A DNA stretch of 64,000 bases from Candidatus Heimdallarchaeota archaeon (GTDB lineage: Archaea; Asgardarchaeota; Heimdallarchaeia; Heimdallarchaeales; Heimdallarchaeaceae): contig JAAFKI010000045.1 of assembly GCA_021399345.1 (NCBI GenBank), forward strand, positions 32,001-96,000, in the 5' to 3' direction. Below, piece after piece: positions 58,388-64,000 of this stretch (within the stretch, counting starts at the first letter, position 1; each line of letters begins with the position of its first letter). The notes beneath the pieces are model-generated. The model did not search any database. It had not been told where the DNA came from and saw only the letters and a list, made by a program, of their open reading frames with translations. A program made the position numbers and the translations under genes.

Positions 58388-59332
58388 TTGAAAAACCTTT
58401 TTAATCTTATAATCTTACATAAAGGCATGTTTCACATTTGGAACAGACGTCGATTAATTGCAATTCAAACTTTGTTCCTTTCGCTATTGTTAATTGTGCA
58501 GGCTAAAGCTGATTTCGGCTATGCTTATTCATCAAATATAGCTGTAGGAGACACAATGAGCTGGGAATTAGTGTATTTTTATAAAGATATGCCAGGTTAT
58601 CCAGATGGATTTTACGTTACTGATGGTTATTATATTCCAGAAGATACTATTATTTCAATAGAGGTTGTTGAACATCCGAATGATGTCTATTACAATTTAC
58701 CTTCTCTTTTGTGGAATACTACAACTAACTGGTATAACTTATACATAGATGATACTCTTGAAACCCTATATATCTCAGAAGATTCTCTAATGACTTTAGG
58801 TTTTCTAAAACTTCCATATCTTTCTCCCGTAATGCATCAAGGAAATAATGCTTTTCAAGAGATATATAATCAAGAATCGGAATTTAACCATACCAGTACT
58901 GGAACTCTCGATGAAACAAGTGAGTTCCCGATAAACTATATTCGATCAGAACTTTATGAAAGTTCTATAAACAGTTCCATGTTTTACGCACACTCAACAT
59001 TTATCTACGACAGAACCCAAGTGATTTCAGAAAATCTAACATATAGATGGTTATGGAAAGAAAAGTATGGTATAGCTTTTGATCAGAATACAGGAATTTT
59101 ATTAAGACAAGATCAAACAACACTGAATGCATCACAAATAATTGAGAAACACGAAATTAGTACTAGTATAACGACAAGTTATGATTGGTTTAATTCAATT
59201 CTTGAAAGCAATTATACAGTTATTCCTACAACCGATTCTTCAGGTTTCTTGGTCTCTGTTGAAATAATATCAATATATTTACTACTAGGTTTAAGAGAAA
59301 TATATATAAGAAGCAAAAGGAAAAAATTGTGA
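58388..59332 (+). CDS. Secreted surface protein with C-terminal TM anchor
   Basis: Signal peptide; SSGF followed by a hydrophobic helix and RSKRKK. Confidence 0.75.
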   Translation: MKNLFNLIILHKGMFHIWNRRRLIAIQTLFLSLLLIVQAKADFGYAYSSNIAVGDTMSWELVYFYKDMPGYPDGFYVTDGYYIPEDTIISIEVVEHPNDVYYNLPSLLWNTTTNWYNLYIDDTLETLYISEDSLMTLGFLKLPYLSPVMHQGNNAFQEIYNQESEFNHTSTGTLDETSEFPINYIRSELYESSINSSMFYAHSTFIYDRTQVISENLTYRWLWKEKYGIAFDQNTGILLRQDQTTLNASQIIEKHEISTSITTSYDWFNSILESNYTVIPTTDSSGFLVSVEIISIYLLLGLREIYIRSKRKKL

Positions 59333-59363
59333 TGCAATAAAGAGAAACCTCAGAGAGAGTAAG

Positions 59364-59391
59364 GTAAGACCTCTGTGTCTTACACTTTTTC
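59364..59391 (+). terminator. Hairpin plus T-tract after 58388..59332
   Basis: GTAAGAC-N6-GTCTTAC followed by ACTTTTT. Confidence 0.4.
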
Positions 59392-59650
59392 ATTATTTTC
59401 CCACTCTCTAAAATTTAGAATTTTTACAACCCACAAACCTATCTAGAACAATTTTTTGGAGATAAAAATTGCAAAACCTTGTTACAAGGTCGTCTTACTA
59501 TTTTTTTCACACCTTTTTCACAAAGTCATCTTTAACGTAAGGTGTATTATGAGAAGGTGGCAACTTCTGTTTTTCTCGAAACTAACAGTTACGGAACTTT
59601 AAAGAGCAAGATATATATATTCCCCAGTACTAGATTCTAATAAGTAAAAG

Positions 59651-60091
59651 ATGGGGATAAATATGAGTAAAGAGGTCACAACAGGCAAGGTAAGAGATTT
59701 AATTGAGAAGTATACTCAAAAACCAAGTCAAGATAATGCTATGAAACTTGGTAGGGCTATAGCAACTGATAATTCACCTATAGAAGTTAAGAAATGGCGT
59801 TTTAGAATGGCACTGGATGTTGTTACCCCAGATATGTCAGTTTATTCTACACTCAAGGCATGGTCATCTATTACAATGTTAGAAGATAACTTGCCTTCAA
59901 GTATGAAAATAACAACTGTCAAGGAAATGTTAAAAAATCCAGATCTTCAAACAGATGTTTTGGATGAAATCCTGCAAAACATATTTAGTAGAAAAGAAAT
60001 TCCCCGAGATTTGTTGAATTACTTAGCACCAGAGTTTAAAAAAGCTTCAAGAATTTCAGAAGAACTAAAATCCTATGTAAATAATAAATAA
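59651..60091 (+). CDS. Hypothetical helical protein
   Basis: 146-aa ORF with an upstream TATA-like box. Confidence 0.65.
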   Translation: MGINMSKEVTTGKVRDLIEKYTQKPSQDNAMKLGRAIATDNSPIEVKKWRFRMALDVVTPDMSVYSTLKAWSSITMLEDNLPSSMKITTVKEMLKNPDLQTDVLDEILQNIFSRKEIPRDLLNYLAPEFKKASRISEELKSYVNNK

Positions 60092-60109
60092 ATTGCTTGA
60101 ATTGATATT

Positions 60110-60907
60110 TCAAGTTTTTTTAATTGAATAGATTTCAGAGAATGTCCTTGCTATATTTTTAATCATCCCATGGCTGATGCCATATTGTAAGAATTGATAA
60201 TTCTGTATTTCTAACGCTAAAATATTTTCAAACTTCTTTAAATTCAGCTCTTCAGAAAATTTGACTGTTGCTTGTTCAAAACATATTTGAATTTCTTCAT
60301 CAGTTAAAGCTTCTAATCTCCAAAGAATTAAACATCTCGAGAGATAGAGACTAAGTTCATCAATATTTCTTAACTTCTGCTTTTCATTTTGAGAAAATAG
60401 ATAAAATAATATTGATCCTATTCTAAACATTTCGTTAATTTTTTGTGGAAATCTTGTTTGGTGATTTATAACTTCAAAAAGCTCTTTGAATGACTTAATT
60501 CTTTCAATATATTCATCTTGTAAGGTTACGTCCTGTTCCAAGCATTCTAATTTAAAATCACATAACATTTGATGAAATTCGGTGATTTCGCTAGTAACAT
60601 AGTCTGGAATTTCTTTACCTAAGGGATATTCACGAGCAAGGTAGAATAATTTATGGAGAACTCCACTGATATAATTTAGTAAATTTGGACTCGAGTTAGT
60701 ATTTTGTGACCATATCTCGGTAAGGAATTCTATCAATATACTATATTGTGTATGAATATTGACATTATCTACTAAGAGATCAGTAAGAAATTCTGCAGAT
60801 AGTTGACTAAGATTATCTCTTACTAATAGTAAGGATTTTGATGATAAACCGTTCTCATAAACTTGGTCGTATATTTCATCTTCTATATCTATCATATGTA
60901 CTAACAA
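60110..60907 (-). CDS. Hypothetical helical protein
   Basis: 265-aa ORF, no motif. Confidence 0.65.
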   Translation of the reverse strand: MLVHMIDIEDEIYDQVYENGLSSKSLLLVRDNLSQLSAEFLTDLLVDNVNIHTQYSILIEFLTEIWSQNTNSSPNLLNYISGVLHKLFYLAREYPLGKEIPDYVTSEITEFHQMLCDFKLECLEQDVTLQDEYIERIKSFKELFEVINHQTRFPQKINEMFRIGSILFYLFSQNEKQKLRNIDELSLYLSRCLILWRLEALTDEEIQICFEQATVKFSEELNLKKFENILALEIQNYQFLQYGISHGMIKNIARTFSEIYSIKKT

Positions 60908-61010
60908 GCCTAAGTCTTCTATTTATTATTGTGGTTAGACAAATATTGCCTTTTTTACAAAGAATAGAATTTCACCAAAATGCTTTTGTAGTTACTCCAG
61001 ATTTTTACAC

Positions 61011-62234
61011 ATGGATTTCTCTATCTTCATTCCTACGATAGAGATAGGACCTCCTTACGTTGGACCTATGGCGGGGCTTCGTAGGTATGCTTATTCATTA
61101 GTACAATCATTAGCGAACCAAGGGATAGACATCTATGTTGCAACCACAACAAAACTGTCTTCTGATGATGAATTATTGAAAAGAGAAAATATCCATTTTT
61201 ATTATCTTCCTGAGCAGATTTCTGCTAGAGGAGCCTATAGTACTTTAACACATTTCCATGCTAAAAACCATCGAAGTTTCTCAAAGCAAGCGTTTGATGT
61301 ATACACCGAACTGAGTTCAGAAGTTGACATAGCCTTGATTCATGCGACTGAAGTAGCAGCATCTTATTTTGCTAAAGCTAAAAAAAGGAATCAAATCAAA
61401 ATACCTCTAGTTGTTTCCGTACATGGAGCAGTAACAATTGGTAATTTAAAATCAAGAATGTGGGTAAAACGACCATATTCTAGACTTCTTAGACGAATTG
61501 TGAAACACTGTGATAATATAGTAACAACGTCAGTTTCTTTATTAGAAAAAATTAAGAGATTATCAAAAAGTATGAAAGAGAAAGTAATAATTGTACCCCA
61601 CTCACTAAATTGTAAAACTTTCTCACAAATTTCAAAACTTGAGGATTTAGAATCCTTTAGAGACAAATATGATGTTGATCAAGGAAAATCCATTGTTTTA
61701 ATGCAGGGTCCGTATATCAACAGAAAATCCCAACACAAAGTGGTTAAATTTTTCCCTGAGATACTTAAAAGAAATGCAAAAATTATATTTCTAGTTGTTG
61801 GGGATGGCCCCCTTCTGTCAAAAATAAAAGAAGATGTAGTAAATCTTGGGATTGAAGATTCAGTTATAATAACGGGATATATTGATGATAAAGAGCTCCT
61901 ATTGGCGTTTCATATAAGTGCCGTTCTTCTTTATCCCGCTGAAGAAGGTAGTTTTGGTACTCCACTTATTGAAGCTATGGCTTCTGGATTGCCTGTGATA
62001 GCAGTTGATAAACCTCCAATGAATGAGATGATACCCCCTAATTGTGATTGGTTATATCCTGCAAATGATGAAGTTGCTTTAGTTGACAAGGTATTGGGTA
62101 TAATTAAAAATAAAGAGAAAATCCAGGAAGTTGCTTTCAAATCACAAAAACACGCTCTTAAAAAATTTGATTATCCTGTAGTAGGAAAAAATTTACTAAA
62201 GGCATATACTAAAATCATTAAGGAATCAAAATGA
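61011..62234 (+). CDS. Glycosyltransferase family 4
   Basis: VVSVHG, VGDGP, EGSFGTPLIEAMASGLPVI. Confidence 0.93.
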   Translation: MDFSIFIPTIEIGPPYVGPMAGLRRYAYSLVQSLANQGIDIYVATTTKLSSDDELLKRENIHFYYLPEQISARGAYSTLTHFHAKNHRSFSKQAFDVYTELSSEVDIALIHATEVAASYFAKAKKRNQIKIPLVVSVHGAVTIGNLKSRMWVKRPYSRLLRRIVKHCDNIVTTSVSLLEKIKRLSKSMKEKVIIVPHSLNCKTFSQISKLEDLESFRDKYDVDQGKSIVLMQGPYINRKSQHKVVKFFPEILKRNAKIIFLVVGDGPLLSKIKEDVVNLGIEDSVIITGYIDDKELLLAFHISAVLLYPAEEGSFGTPLIEAMASGLPVIAVDKPPMNEMIPPNCDWLYPANDEVALVDKVLGIIKNKEKIQEVAFKSQKHALKKFDYPVVGKNLLKAYTKIIKESK

Positions 62235-62336
62235 TTTTGTACTAAAATTTGGTTGAGGAATTCTCTTCTCATCTTTGTTAAAATATACTTAAATACAGGT
62301 AAATGAATGATTAGTACATTAAATTGGTGTAAGTAA

Positions 62337-62894
62337 ATGTCCAAAAAATATTTTTGCCCAAATTGTGGAACTTCTGCGGGTCAAGAAGATAAATTTTGTT
62401 TAAATTGTGGAAAAAAAATAGGGCAGGATTCAGCTCCATCTCCGAAAGCTCAAAAACCTGAATATGAAGCACCCGCTCAACAACAAGCTCCATATGTTCC
62501 ACCTCAACCTTATGCACAACCACAACAACATGCTCCCGCTCAAATGTCAGTATCTACTGGTGGCATCCCTAAGCACGCATACCCTCAGCTAAGAGCTAGT
62601 TATGGTGATAGGTTCGTAGCTTATATTGTTGATTATTGTATGTCTGCTTTCTGTCCACCTCTAGGGTGTTTAAGAGACATTGTTCCTGAAACCGGTAAAG
62701 GTTTTGGAAAATCAATGATGAAACTCATGGTGGTTGATTATGATACAGGTTTACCAATTACAGCAGGGCAAGCATGTGTTCGAACATTATGTTTTATTAG
62801 CGTAATAGATGTTTTTATGCCTTTATGTAATGATGATGGTAGAAGAATTGGAGATTTCATAGCTAATACAATAGTACTAGAAGATAGAAACTAA
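62337..62894 (+). CDS. Zinc-ribbon, Pro/Gln linker and RDD-family protein
   Basis: CPNCG...FCLNCG; RFVAYIVD, GK.MMKL.VVD, RRIGDFIANTIV. Confidence 0.88.
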   Translation: MSKKYFCPNCGTSAGQEDKFCLNCGKKIGQDSAPSPKAQKPEYEAPAQQQAPYVPPQPYAQPQQHAPAQMSVSTGGIPKHAYPQLRASYGDRFVAYIVDYCMSAFCPPLGCLRDIVPETGKGFGKSMMKLMVVDYDTGLPITAGQACVRTLCFISVIDVFMPLCNDDGRRIGDFIANTIVLEDRN

Positions 62895-62928
62895 CTTGTT
62901 GCATATCTAATATATTGATGATGGAAAA

Positions 62929-64000
62929 ATGTTTAACTATTTAGCTGAAGAACTTCAAAAAATGTTTAAAGATCATGATTACACCAGCATTATCAAGTTA
63001 GCTCATAGAGAATTAAATCAAGAAATGAGTAACATAGATAAAAAAAACTATTATTTTGTTTTAGCGAAGGCACATTATTTTTTAGGTGAAAATAAGCAAG
63101 CTTTTGAGAATATTAAAGAAGCCATAGAAATCCTAGAAGTACATCAGTTTCCTCAGAAAGAGGTATTTGATGTAAAAATAGAATATGCCAAGATTCTAAG
63201 ACGCATAGGTGAAAAAAAACAATCTATGGAGGTTTATTCTGAATTACTTGAACTTCATGAATCTTCACTCAACGATGATACTAGAGCTATAATATATCAT
63301 AATTTAGCTAATCTCCACATGGAACAGGGAAATTTTGAGGAGAGTAAGAAACTCTTTCAGATGGCATTATCTATAGATCAAATTTATAAAAATGAAGAAG
63401 GTCAAGCACACACATATTCTAGTTTGGGGGGGGTGCATTTCTATCTTGGTGAGTATGATGAAGCTATAAACTATTATCTCAAAAGTCTAAATTTGAGAAA
63501 ACAAACTAAAAATATACTAGGAGAAGCTACAGTTTCTCTAAATCTTGGTTCTATATATGCAAATCAGCTTAACGAGGAACTTGCCAACGAATTTCTGATT
63601 AAAGCAGAAGAAATTTTCAAGGAAATTGATCATGAGAAAGGATTCCACAGCGTACTCAATACTAAAGCAAGATTGAATTATAGTCTTAGGAAGTATGATC
63701 AGGTAATAACTAATCTGGAATATTTAGAAACCAAGGAAAAAGAGGACATTGCTAGAGCTCATATTTCTCTTATTGGAATTTTTGCTGAAGCACTAATAAA
63801 AGAAAAACAAGTTATCAAAGCAAGAAACATGATAAATCTGGGAATTGATGGTATTCATCGTTTGACACAAGGAAAATTTGTTGAGATGTTAGTAGATTAT
63901 GGAAAATTAAAACAGATGCTTAGCCAGGTAGCTGTAGTTCAAAACAAGCTAGATGAAGCACTAGAGATTCTGAATGAGCTTGAGGAAATAGGAGAAGAAA
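62929..64000 (+). CDS. Tetratricopeptide-repeat protein (runs off the window end)
   Basis: Not in the ORF track. Manual translation gives YHNLANLHMEQGNFEES..., YSSLGGVHFYLGEYDEAINYYLKSL. Confidence 0.88.
   Translation, partial: MFNYLAEELQKMFKDHDYTSIIKLAHRELNQEMSNIDKKNYYFVLAKAHYFLGENKQAFENIKEAIEILEVHQFPQKEVFDVKIEYAKILRRIGEKKQSMEVYSELLELHESSLNDDTRAIIYHNLANLHMEQGNFEESKKLFQMALSIDQIYKNEEGQAHTYSSLGGVHFYLGEYDEAINYYLKSLNLRKQTKNILGEATVSLNLGSIYANQLNEELANEFLIKAEEIFKEIDHEKGFHSVLNTKARLNYSLRKYDQVITNLEYLETKEKEDIARAHISLIGIFAEALIKEKQVIKARNMINLGIDGIHRLTQGKFVEMLVDYGKLKQMLSQVAVVQNKLDEALEILNELEEIGEE

Noticed and set aside
6972-62523. Numerous 60-155 aa ORFs nested in or antisense to long genes (e.g. 6972, 9581, 11595, 17977, 40988, 42491, 54198, 61391)
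   Set aside because: Shadows of confidently assigned genes with no motifs of their own

Overview
AT-rich, densely coding archaeal chromosome segment, most likely from an Asgard archaeon (Heimdallarchaeia-like). This is inferred from archaeal informational genes (rps8e, rps30e, SRP19, Gar1, Nop5, fibrillarin, Trm1, Elp3, TFE-beta/RPC34-like), two MglA-type small GTPases, an actin-fold protein and many C-terminally anchored surface proteins. No rRNA, tRNA, CRISPR array or transposase was recognised. Main points of interest: (1) in the first ~15 kb, a ParM-like actin, two paralogous MglA-like GTPases with a shared insertion, a long coiled-coil/winged-helix protein, a PD-(D/E)xK nuclease-fold protein and a catalytically degenerate AAA+/winged-helix protein preceded by a ~9-bp-periodic TTCGAA array, together a candidate cytoskeletal or DNA-positioning system; (2) a ~270-nt highly structured GC-rich intergenic element (49741-50010) matching no RNA I recognise, plus two smaller K-turn-type RNA candidates; (3) a thiolase lacking two catalytic residues inside the HMG-CoA synthase/DUF35 operon; (4) a circularly permuted family-5 solute-binding protein; (5) a stand-alone serine-recombinase DNA-binding domain fused to a long acidic tail; (6) a Site-1-protease-like subtilase. 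All calls come from motif reading by eye; no database searches were run.
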